A stretch of DNA of 64,000 bases from an uncultured Pseudomonadales bacterium (lineage in GTDB: Bacteria > Patescibacteriota > Microgenomatia > UBA1400 > PJMF01). This document shows, one piece after another, positions 38,363-46,430 of the stretch. The notes below the pieces were generated by a model, which saw nothing but the letters and a program-made list of their open reading frames with translations, was not told the origin of the DNA and ran no database searches. The translations under genes and the position numbers were made by a program. The stretch spans positions 76,465-140,464 of the forward strand of contig CAZOVA010000001.1 of the NCBI GenBank assembly GCA_964583625.1. The letters run 5' to 3'. The first letter of the stretch is position 1. Every line of letters starts with the position of its first letter.

Positions 38363-39957
38363 TTTACCCTCCTCATCAGTAATAACGGTCCATCACCACT
38401 TTGGTATTCAAAAACCTTTTCAAAGCGCGCGCTTTGGAGTAAGTAACTTTGCGCGAGACCAAGATTGGCCAAAGCGCGCGAGGCAGTCACGCCAGTTACT
38501 TGTGGTGAAACAATAAAATAAGCAAAATTATCCAAGTAGCTTTGCAAAACTGCCTCATTGTTAAAGTCAAGATCTCCTGGCACAGAAATAAAGGTAAAAT
38601 TGGGGATTTTTTTCTTGACCGTCAAGTAATGGAGGGTAGAAGCAGAGAGGTGAGGTTGATCTACTTGCAAAAGGACCTGAGATTTTTTGCCTCCAGCTAG
38701 TTTGACTAAATCTTCCAAAAGGAGGTGATTGGCTGAAGCATCTGGCTGCGGATAAGCGACAACAGTGTCACCAGTATTGATAATATCAATCCAGCCCAGA
38801 GGGCCAAAATTGAAAGCTCTTTGATAAGTGGGCAATAAGTGAAAGCTCAAAATAAAATAGAAAATGATCAACCAAGACAAAGCTAAACCACCCAAGAATT
38901 TTTTCCATTTTGCCCCATTCACTATTTCTACTGCCGCCGCCATCATCAAAGGGACCAATAGTGGCAAGTCGTAACGAATGTCTTTATTTGATAACAAGCT
39001 AAAAAAGATATAAATAAAAATCAAATAGGTAGCTAGAAGTTTTTTATATTTATTTTTCTTTTGATAAAAATAACTACCATTGAGAACTAAGAGAATGACG
39101 CCAGGAATAAGTCCAACCTGGAACCCTAAAAACTCCCATAAATAAAACCGCCAATTTTCTATAGACCACAAAACTTGAGGATCATCAATTTCGCCAGTAG
39201 TAGAAATTCTTGCTTGTTCTAAAATTGACTGCCAATTAGCTAGATACCAGGGAACAATCAAAACTAAGACAATAGCTATGAGCAAGAGAACCTGCCGCCA
39301 GACCTTACTCCAAAGTTTGTTTTTATATATTTTGTAAAGAACAAAAATTGCTGGTATAAAAAGAAAGACTAGTCCTGTCCATTTAGTTAAAAACACTCCG
39401 GCAACACTCAAAGCAAGAAAAATTGTTTCTCTTTTTTTGCTTAAAAATTGACTTTGCCACAAAAAATACCAACTCCAAACAACAAAAGCAAGCAAAGGAA
39501 TGTCAAGAAGAAACCAACGGGAATTGGTATAAATTACTGGTGAAAAAAGTAAAAAGGCGGCACTTAAAAGACCGATCCAGCGATTCCCCCACAATTTATT
39601 GCTCAACTTATAAATAGCAGTGGCTGTCAATAAAAGATAGAGAGTAATTAGAATAGCTCCCACTTGAACTTCACGCCCAAAAAACCTCATGCCAATTGCC
39701 ACTTGCCAATGAATGAGGGGAGGGTAGTAACTAGATATCTGCCAAAAACTTTTTTTAACTTTTGCTGGTTGAGCCCATTTATCAACAAATTCCATGCTTA
39801 GACGAGTATGTCCAGCTTGATCCCAAGAAGGAATTTGTCGGTCTAAGCTAATCCAGATAAGATTGACTAAAAGATGCAGACTCAAAAGCAATAAAAAAAG
39901 TCTCTGTGGCCAATCCAGATTGCGCCAAAATTTTATTATCACTCTTAAATTATACAA
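38359..39957 (-). CDS. GT-C fold glycosyltransferase, ArnT/PMT-like (GT39/GT83-like)
   Basis: Polytopic membrane protein with a first-loop acidic motif (IPSWDQAGHTRLSMEF) resembling the DE motif of PMT/ArnT-family transferases. Confidence 0.5.
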   Translation of the reverse strand: MYNLRVIIKFWRNLDWPQRLFLLLLSLHLLVNLIWISLDRQIPSWDQAGHTRLSMEFVDKWAQPAKVKKSFWQISSYYPPLIHWQVAIGMRFFGREVQVGAILITLYLLLTATAIYKLSNKLWGNRWIGLLSAAFLLFSPVIYTNSRWFLLDIPLLAFVVWSWYFLWQSQFLSKKRETIFLALSVAGVFLTKWTGLVFLFIPAIFVLYKIYKNKLWSKVWRQVLLLIAIVLVLIVPWYLANWQSILEQARISTTGEIDDPQVLWSIENWRFYLWEFLGFQVGLIPGVILLVLNGSYFYQKKNKYKKLLATYLIFIYIFFSLLSNKDIRYDLPLLVPLMMAAAVEIVNGAKWKKFLGGLALSWLIIFYFILSFHLLPTYQRAFNFGPLGWIDIINTGDTVVAYPQPDASANHLLLEDLVKLAGGKKSQVLLQVDQPHLSASTLHYLTVKKKIPNFTFISVPGDLDFNNEAVLQSYLDNFAYFIVSPQVTGVTASRALANLGLAQSYLLQSARFEKVFEYQSGDGPLLLMRRVK

Positions 39958-39983
39958 ATAAAAAAGTTTTTAAGCAAGAAAAA

Positions 39984-40002
39984 CCCTGGACGTAGTCCAG
40001 GG
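39984..40002 (-). terminator. hairpin CCCTGGAC-gta-GTCCAGGG flanked by T/A tracts; terminator for the 555-aa gene (bidirectional geometry)
   Basis: 8-bp perfect stem. The minus-strand reading is followed by TTTTTCTTGC. Confidence 0.5.
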
Positions 40003-40024
40003 TTTGATCTTTTGATTTTATTGC

Positions 40025-41692
40025 TTAATTGTTTGGTAGACCAATGACTTCGGTGGGATTAAAAACCACCTTATTACTCTCCCGATCGAGGGTAAAAGTG
40101 CCAGCCACTTTGGTTTTAATTGAGCCGTCCTGATCATACTCAGCAAAGACAGCCGTCAAACCTTGATAGGGCTGCATATCCAAATGATGTTGACCCTCAG
40201 TCAGTTGGCGGAAAATATCACCCACCTCGGAGATTTGAGAAAGCTTTCCCTCTTGTCCAGTTATCTCAATCAATTGTCCAGCGGGGATGTTTCCCTTGCC
40301 ATTGGTAATTGTTTCTAAGTGGGCAGGGATTTTGGCAAAACTAAGAGTGTTCCACCATTTGGCGTCCTGTCTCTCTTCTGGCGTTATTAAATTACCATTA
40401 ATACTAATTGAGCCATCCCCGGAAATCTTCAAAACTTGTTCCTTGATAGAGGCGGGGATGGTGACGTCCACTCGATCAATCAACCGCAAATCATTTTCGC
40501 CTGCAACATTGGCATTGGAATAACGAAACTCTTGCTCGTCAACACTTGGATCCCAGAAAGAAGTAACGAATTTTTCAATAACTTGTCCTTGCGGGCTAGA
40601 AAATTCAATTTTACTTTGTAAATCCATCTCTGAACGACGAGGATCAATATAGTTGTTTTCGGCAGTTCCTCCAATTGGTAAAGCATCAATAAAGGTCTGC
40701 CGGGCAAGTGATTCTTCGCCGGCCATTACTTCTTGTGCCATTGAAGAGGCTTCTTGCTCTGTTGTGGGGAGCTTGTCGACACCAATAACTTCGGTGGGAT
40801 TGAAAACAATTTTTCCTTGTTCATTGGCCATAAATGTCCCTTTTACTTGCTGGGCAATCTCACCATTCTCTGCAAAAACAGTAAAAGCAGCATTAATTCC
40901 TGTATAAGGTCTTTTTTCTCCGTCTTCCAGCAAATGTTCTTGTCCTTCTTGCAGTTGAAAAGAGATATCTCTTCTTTCGGCCTCTAGTGAAGGTCTCTCA
41001 CCATTAATAAATAGTTGACCAGAAGGGCGATTACCATGACCATCGGTCATCACTTCTACTCCAGCAGGGAACACGCCGATATTAAGATTGTTCCAATAGC
41101 CACTATCTTGTTGTTGATCGGAACGGACCAAACCCTCTTGTGTGCCCAAAGAACCATCACCAGATATTTTTAAGGTTTGTTCCTGACTAGAAGCAGGAAT
41201 AAAATTAATAATTTTATCTACCAAATACTGACCCTCAGATTCTCTATTGGAAGAGAGGAAGGGGACACTTTCTGCCTGAGCATCAAATAAGGAAAGAATA
41301 AACTGTTTGACTTCTGGACCTTGTTCACCTACCACCTCAATATTATTGATAAAGTCGGCTTTGGCTTTCTCAGGATCAAGAAATTGTTTCTCCTGTGGTC
41401 CATCAGCCACTAATTCATTGAGAAAAGCTTGTCTTTGCTCTGTTTCTCCGGCGAGACCTTCTTCCAGCCAAGCTAAGTTTTCTTGCGAAGGCATAGTGCC
41501 AGCCGTTTCCAATTTTGTTTTTGTATCTGTTTTGCTATTAGGGTCGCTAGCTGCCTCAGCTTTTTGTCCACCGCCACCACTAAAAGCTAGACCAATAGCT
41601 GTTACAATGGCGGCCGCTCCCCTGGCAAGTTTCTTTTTCTCTTTTTTCTTAAACTCTTCTTCCGTCCCCGGATATCCTTGTTCTAAGGCCAT
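40025..41692 (-). CDS. secreted/anchored hypothetical protein built from two homologous roughly 235-aa repeats
   Basis: N-terminal basic + hydrophobic + AEA signal. Internal duplication visible (…KISGDGSLGTQEGLV…KIVFNPTEVIGVDKLP… versus …KISGDGSISINGNLI…KVVFNPTEVIGLPNN). Confidence 0.6.
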   Translation of the reverse strand: MALEQGYPGTEEEFKKKEKKKLARGAAAIVTAIGLAFSGGGGQKAEAASDPNSKTDTKTKLETAGTMPSQENLAWLEEGLAGETEQRQAFLNELVADGPQEKQFLDPEKAKADFINNIEVVGEQGPEVKQFILSLFDAQAESVPFLSSNRESEGQYLVDKIINFIPASSQEQTLKISGDGSLGTQEGLVRSDQQQDSGYWNNLNIGVFPAGVEVMTDGHGNRPSGQLFINGERPSLEAERRDISFQLQEGQEHLLEDGEKRPYTGINAAFTVFAENGEIAQQVKGTFMANEQGKIVFNPTEVIGVDKLPTTEQEASSMAQEVMAGEESLARQTFIDALPIGGTAENNYIDPRRSEMDLQSKIEFSSPQGQVIEKFVTSFWDPSVDEQEFRYSNANVAGENDLRLIDRVDVTIPASIKEQVLKISGDGSISINGNLITPEERQDAKWWNTLSFAKIPAHLETITNGKGNIPAGQLIEITGQEGKLSQISEVGDIFRQLTEGQHHLDMQPYQGLTAVFAEYDQDGSIKTKVAGTFTLDRESNKVVFNPTEVIGLPNN

Positions 41693-41817
41693 AAGAACTC
41701 CTTTATTTGCTAGTCGATAATAATTTCATTATATCATAAGATACTTTTAGAGAGAAAATTTGCTTTTATTTAATTAAATAATTTAGTTAAATAGTTTGAT
41801 GTTTTCTTAAAAAGAAA

Positions 41818-41863
41818 GACCCCCGTTTTAAGGCGGGGGTCAGTCGAGAGCAACGCGCTCTCA
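41818..41863 (-). terminator. two tandem stem-loops (GACCCCCG-N8-CGGGGGTC and GAGAGC-N5-GCTCTC) immediately 3' of the GC-rich gene; the first is followed on the minus strand by a T-rich tract
   Basis: Read directly; positions approximate to about 1 nt. Confidence 0.5.
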
Positions 41864-41870
41864 GAAGTAC

Positions 41871-42590
41871 TTACCTGATCGGGTTGAGGGCGACGGTGTC
41901 GCCCATCTTAACGATCACAAAGTCATAGGTGCCGTCGTTGGCCAGGATGCGCACATCCAGGCCGTCGTACGGCTTGTTCTTCAGGTGCTCCACGGGAAGG
42001 AGAACCTGGATCCCAAGATCCCGGTATTCAGCCCAAGCATAGGGCTTAACACCGGCATCGAAGAGCTGGATGCTAGGCACCCAGCCCTTGCTGAAAACGA
42101 GCATCAGCTCGCCGTCAGCCGGGATGGTCATGAAGAACAAGGTATTCCTGCTGGGGTCTCCACCTTGGAGAGTCTCACCCAGCTTCTGTCCGTTCAAGAA
42201 CACCTCAACGAACGAACCGCTGATCTTGAGGACCTGTCCCGCTTTCACGGGGGTCCTCGCCACCTTGAGACCGTTTTCCTCAACGACGGTCAAGCCGTCG
42301 TTGAGCCACACAAAGTGTGGATTTTGATTCTCAATCTGGAAATATTGCCCCCAAGTAATGCGTTCAGCATCACTCAGGTTGACAATCCAGCCAGGCCCAT
42401 CATAGGTCTGAGTAGCTTGCTGCTGGAGATCCAAGGTCGCCAACAACTGCGCCACTTGCTCAGGGGTGCCGTAGAATACGGCCCCGCTGGGTAAGGTGAC
42501 AGGCACGAGTCCCGCGCCTTCCGCGAGGACGGTATTGGCGCCCAGCGCCAGGAGGATCAGGACAACAACGAGGATCATCAGTTTTTTCAT
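41871..42590 (-). CDS. secreted hypothetical protein encoded on a high-GC (about 57%) insert. Signal peptide MKKLMILVVVLILLALGANTVLA. An alternative in-frame upstream start at 42680 also carries an SD
   Basis: Codon usage (CTG, GCC, GGC, GTC) and GC content are sharply different from flanking genes. AAGGAGGG lies 7 nt before the ATG at 42590, and AAGGAGGT 7 nt before the ATG at 42680. Confidence 0.7.
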   Translation of the reverse strand: MKKLMILVVVLILLALGANTVLAEGAGLVPVTLPSGAVFYGTPEQVAQLLATLDLQQQATQTYDGPGWIVNLSDAERITWGQYFQIENQNPHFVWLNDGLTVVEENGLKVARTPVKAGQVLKISGSFVEVFLNGQKLGETLQGGDPSRNTLFFMTIPADGELMLVFSKGWVPSIQLFDAGVKPYAWAEYRDLGIQVLLPVEHLKNKPYDGLDVRILANDGTYDFVIVKMGDTVALNPIR

Positions 42591-42730
42591 GGGGTTTCCC
42601 TCCTTCTTAGCGCCTTGAGCGCTCTTTGTGGGGTTGATCCCCACCGTGGGTTCCTTGGTGTGCACGAACAGCTTCTTCATGATTTTTACCTCCTTCGGTG
42701 GGGATCATGGACCCCGTTTAGTCAGACCTT

Positions 42731-42795
42731 GCTATCGCGAATAGCTAAGATCTGCCACTCAAAACTCAAGTCTTAAGTTCTCAGTGGCAGATCCT
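42731..42795 (-). promoter_or_regulatory. pair of palindromes upstream of the GC-rich gene: GCTATCGCGAATAGC-like and an 11-bp inverted repeat GATCTGCCACT-N23-AGTGGCAGATC
   Basis: Read directly; coordinates approximate. Located about 50-110 nt upstream of the longer start codon. Confidence 0.3.
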
Positions 42796-43063
42796 ATACT
42801 AGGTTCAAGCAAGAAATAACTACACCAAAGTGGTTTCACTATTTTGACTTTGTTATAAGTATCTTCTGTTAAAAAGCGTGTTTAAGAAATATTGCTATTT
42901 CTTTTCACTCCCGCTTCAACTCTAAGAGTTTTTCGCCTTACCAAGCGAAATGCTTGAGAGGCAAGACCTTTCTTATGTTAAAGCGAACACATTATAGCAT
43001 AAGATATCTATTTTGTCAATAGTCAATTATTATAAGTCTAATTATTGAAGAAATAAGAAAATA

Positions 43064-43549
43064 TTAGCCCACTTTTACTTTGGCCACCTGGAGCACTTGT
43101 CCATGGAGCAGGTATCCTGGAGTAATCACTTCGGTCACAACTTCATTTTCACCTGTTTTTTCTACCGCCTCCATTTTTTCTGGATCAAACTTTCCGCCCT
43201 CAAGCTCCATTTTTTGCAGACCTTGATCCTTGAGAGTTTGCCAAAATTGTTCCACTACCAAATTGAGTCCTTGGTCTTGCAAGTTTTCCGCTGCTAAACT
43301 CAGATGAGTTAAAGGCTGTAAAAGGCTAGAGAAGACCAAAACTTGTGCAGCCTTGATCAGCTGAGTTTGATCTTCTTTTTGTCGGCGAACAAGATTTTGA
43401 TAATCGGCCAAAGCTCGAGCTGTTTGCTCTTTACATGCTGCTATTTGCTTTTTGAGTTGAGAGTTCTCTTCAGCGAGATTATTTTTTTTATCAAATTTTC
43501 CTTGGAAATCATTTTTTTTAACAGAAACTCCTTTTTTATCTTGTAACAT
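43064..43549 (-). CDS. grpE: nucleotide exchange factor GrpE (short)
   Basis: Coiled-coil N-terminus (…ALADYQNLVRRQKED…) and C-terminal beta-domain (…FDPEKMEAVEK…ITPGYLLHGQVLQVAKVKV). Confidence 0.7.
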   Translation of the reverse strand: MLQDKKGVSVKKNDFQGKFDKKNNLAEENSQLKKQIAACKEQTARALADYQNLVRRQKEDQTQLIKAAQVLVFSSLLQPLTHLSLAAENLQDQGLNLVVEQFWQTLKDQGLQKMELEGGKFDPEKMEAVEKTGENEVVTEVITPGYLLHGQVLQVAKVKVG

Positions 43550-43560
43550 AAGCTATTTTT

Positions 43561-44280
43561 CTAAATCATACTTTCCATCAATTGCTTGATATAGCGCATC
43601 ATCGGGATAACATAAGGATAGTCAAAACGACTAGAACCTAAAACGCCAAACTGATATTCGTCTTCACCAAGCATCACTTTGGAAAAAATCAAGCTGATAG
43701 GCTCTAGGTCGCGATTGCCTAATTCTTGACCATAGACGACTTGGACAGAATTTTCACTATTACCGAATTTGAAGATATCCTGCAAAACAGAGACCTCTTC
43801 AATTAAAGTCAAAACTTGACGCATCAGCGTAATATCATAAAATTCTGGCATTTGTAGTAAATTGGCATAGCCAGCGTGATAAACTTTGCACCCATTAATG
43901 ACGACGAAGCCCAAGGCGTGAGTTTGTTTGGCTAAACCTCTAGCGATTGCCCAAGCTAATTCTTCATGTTCATTGCGATTGAGCCAAATTTTTTCTTTTA
44001 CACCCACCTCATCGGCTACTGTCAAATCTTTTTCCTTCATCAGTTCATTGACATAGAGCTTGAGAGCTGAGCTGGTAGGCAAGCGACCAGAGCTAGAATG
44101 GTCTTTGGACAAATAACCTTGTTTTTCTAAAAAAACCATTTCATTACGAATAGTTGCTGGAGAAACTCCGAGATTGTATTTTTTATCCAAAGTTTCTGAA
44201 CCCACCGGCTTGGCCTCACGAATAAACTCCTCAACGATTAATTTGAGAATTTGTACTTGACGGGCTGTTAATCCGATCAT
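43561..44280 (-). CDS. hrcA: heat-inducible transcription repressor HrcA
   Basis: LTARQVQILKLIVEEFIREAKPVGSETL…SPATIRNEMVFLEKQGYLSKDHSSSGRLPT matches the HrcA N-terminal wHTH region. Confidence 0.75.
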   Translation of the reverse strand: MIGLTARQVQILKLIVEEFIREAKPVGSETLDKKYNLGVSPATIRNEMVFLEKQGYLSKDHSSSGRLPTSSALKLYVNELMKEKDLTVADEVGVKEKIWLNRNEHEELAWAIARGLAKQTHALGFVVINGCKVYHAGYANLLQMPEFYDITLMRQVLTLIEEVSVLQDIFKFGNSENSVQVVYGQELGNRDLEPISLIFSKVMLGEDEYQFGVLGSSRFDYPYVIPMMRYIKQLMESMI

Positions 44281-44384
44281 AATTATCTTTCTCTCACAAT
44301 TTCAAGTAGCAATTATATAGCAAGACTGCCAGTTTGTCAATTTTAAGCCTGATTTTGATTTTTTCATTTAGTTTTTGCTCATCA

Positions 44385-44414
44385 CTTGACAAAAGAGTTT
44401 TATTAATGATAGAA
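44385..44414 (+). promoter_or_regulatory. sigma70-like promoter TTGACA-18-TAGAAT driving the pilin-like gene array
   Basis: cacTTGACAaaagagttttattaatgaTAGAATg about 60 nt upstream of the ATG at 44474. Confidence 0.5.
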
Positions 44415-44473
44415 TGCAAGACATAACTTGCAAAAGTTACATTAGTTATTAATTGAAAGAAAGGTTTCTTTAT

Positions 44474-44893
44474 ATGAAGAAAGTCTTGAATAAGATCAGC
44501 ACAGCTGCTTCTTTGGGAGTGATTGCTTTGAGCAATGCTGGTATGGCTTTTGCTCAAGGGGGAAGAGCTGGAGTTAACATGGGCACTAATACCATTTTTC
44601 AAACTGGCGGTACAGCTGTAACTTCTGACCCCACGGTTTTGATTAAAAATGTAGTTAATCTGATTTTAATTTTGGCAGGCGCCTTAGTGTTTGCCTATTT
44701 AATCTGGGGAGCGATTAAATGGATTACTTCTGGTGGTGATAAATCCAAAGTGGAAGAAGCTAGAAATAAAATTACTTCAGCTATCGTCGGTCTTTTGATT
44801 TTAGCCGCTGTTTGGGCCATCTTCAACTTGGTCCTCACCATTGCTTTCGGAGCTGGAGACATGACGATCAAGTCATTAAACACTGCCACCTAA
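44474..44893 (+). CDS. pilin-like small membrane protein 1 (signal peptide plus two-TM hairpin); TrbC/VirB2-like T4SS pilin architecture
   Basis: MKKVLNKISTAASLGVIALSNAGMAFA-QG signal. Hairpin VLIKNVVNLILILAGALVFAYLIWGAI-KWITSGGDKSKVEEARNK-ITSAIVGLLILAAVWAIFNLVLTIAFG. No G/FTLIE type IV prepilin motif. Confidence 0.55.
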   Translation: MKKVLNKISTAASLGVIALSNAGMAFAQGGRAGVNMGTNTIFQTGGTAVTSDPTVLIKNVVNLILILAGALVFAYLIWGAIKWITSGGDKSKVEEARNKITSAIVGLLILAAVWAIFNLVLTIAFGAGDMTIKSLNTAT

Positions 44894-44926
44894 TTTGCTA
44901 ATTTTTAAAATATAAAAATTCTCAAA

Positions 44927-44951
44927 CCCCTCTTAAAAAAGAGGGGTTTTT
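44927..44951 (+). terminator. rho-independent terminator CCCCTCTT-aaaa-AAGAGGGG + TTTTTG
   Basis: 8-bp stem plus U-tract directly after pilin-like gene 1. A second promoter (TTGACA-17-TACACT, about 44954-44982) follows. Confidence 0.6.
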
Positions 44952-45004
44952 GTTTGACAAAGAGCCTCTTGTTTGATACACTCATCCTCATGAACTTTAA
45001 ATTT

Positions 45005-45448
45005 ATGAAAAAATTTCACTTAAAATCACCAATGGTCTTATTTTTGTCGGTCATTTTGTTTTTTGGACAAATACAGGCGGCGAGTCCAAATCCGAGTCCA
45101 AATCCGAGTCCAAATCCTAATACTGCTTATGCAATTGACTCTTTTAAACCTCAAAATATGAATGTAGCAACTGATGCCTCTAGTTTGATTGTTAATATTG
45201 TCAATACAGTAATTATGGTGGCTGTTATTTTAGCTTTTGTTTATTTACTCTACGGAGGTTTGTCGATGATCACCTCTGAAGGTGATGCGGCCAAAAAAGC
45301 CACCGCCAGACAAAGAATGACTTGGGCAGCGATTGGATTATTGATTTTTGCTGGTTCTTGGGCAATATTCAATTTAATCACCACCGTCGCTTTTGGCGGC
45401 ACAGACGTAGAATTGCCAGTATTTACTGACGAACAAGCTAATACTTAG
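45005..45448 (+). CDS. pilin-like small membrane protein 2 (paralog), with (SPNP)3 linker
   Basis: Start at MKKFHLKSPMVLFLSVILFFGQIQA-AS. Same TM1-loop(SEGDAAK)-TM2 core. The track's upstream extension was rejected because the promoter lies inside it. Confidence 0.55.
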   Translation: MKKFHLKSPMVLFLSVILFFGQIQAASPNPSPNPSPNPNTAYAIDSFKPQNMNVATDASSLIVNIVNTVIMVAVILAFVYLLYGGLSMITSEGDAAKKATARQRMTWAAIGLLIFAGSWAIFNLITTVAFGGTDVELPVFTDEQANT

Positions 45449-45469
45449 TGTAATAAAGAAAGATACTAT

Positions 45470-46430
45470 TAAAATTATGAAAAAAGGTTTCTTAAAAATT
45501 GGTAAAAGTCTTTTACTAAGTTTTTCTCTTTTAGCTTTGGCTTTTGTTCCAGTAGCGGCTCAAACCGACGAGAAAATCAAGGTGAGCACCTTTACTCAAT
45601 CAGCTGGTGATAAAGTGCCTACTAGTTCTACTGTTTTAATCACCAATATCGTCAATACTGTCTTAATTGTGGCTGCCGCTTTAGTTTTTGCCTATTTAAT
45701 CTATGGAGCTATTAGCTGGATTACTTCAGGTGGTGATAAATCCAAAGTAGAAACAGCCAGAAATAGAATTACCTCTGCCGCTTTAGGAATTCTCATTCTT
45801 GCTTCTGTTTGGGCCATCTACAATCTAGTTTTAACAATTGCTTTTGGCGGTCAAGATTTGCAAATTAAGAATTTGAATGAAGGAGTGGCAAACAGAATAA
45901 ATCAAGGAACCAGAAAAGACGAAACGGATAAAAGAGAAAAAGAAAGAGCTATATAAACTAGCCGTAACGAGGTAAAACTTTGAAAGTAAAAAAGGTAAAG
46001 AAAGGTATTAAAATAAAATTATGAAAAAAGGTTTCTTAAAAATTGGTAAAAGTCTTTTACTAAGTTTTTCTCTTTTAGCTTTGGCTTTTGTTCCAGTAGC
46101 GGCTCAAACCGACGAGAAAATCAAGGTGAGCACCTTTACTCAATCAGCTGGTGATAAAGTGCCTACTAGTTCTACTGTTTTAATCACCAATATCGTCAAT
46201 ACTGTCTTAATTGTGGCTGCCGCTTTAGTTTTTGCCTATTTAATCTATGGAGCTATTAGCTGGATTACTTCAGGTGGTGATAAATCCAAAGTAGAAACAG
46301 CCAGAAATAGAATTACCTCTGCCGCTTTAGGAATTCTCATTCTTGCTTCTGTTTGGGCCATCTACAATCTAGTTTTAACAATTGCTTTTGGCGGTCAAGA
46401 TTTGCAAATTAAGAATTTGAATGAAGGAGT
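45470..46430 (+). repeat. 417-bp perfect tandem duplication (45470-45886 = 46014-46430, period 544 bp) spanning 7 nt of 5' UTR plus the first 137 codons of pilin-like genes 3 and 4
   Basis: Sequences identical by eye over the whole interval. They diverge exactly at the C-terminal tail. Confidence 0.8.
45477..45956 (+). CDS. pilin-like small membrane protein 3 (paralog), charged C-terminal tail
   Basis: MKKGFLKIGKSLLLSFSLLALAFVPVAA-QT signal. Conserved hairpin core. Tail …NRINQGTRKDETDKREKERAI. Confidence 0.55.
   Translation: MKKGFLKIGKSLLLSFSLLALAFVPVAAQTDEKIKVSTFTQSAGDKVPTSSTVLITNIVNTVLIVAAALVFAYLIYGAISWITSGGDKSKVETARNRITSAALGILILASVWAIYNLVLTIAFGGQDLQIKNLNEGVANRINQGTRKDETDKREKERAI

Noticed and set aside
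44281-44473. CIRCE operator (TTAGCACTC-N9-GAGTGCTAA) upstream of hrcA.
   Set aside because: No match found on either strand. The region instead carries the plus-strand promoter for the pilin-like array.
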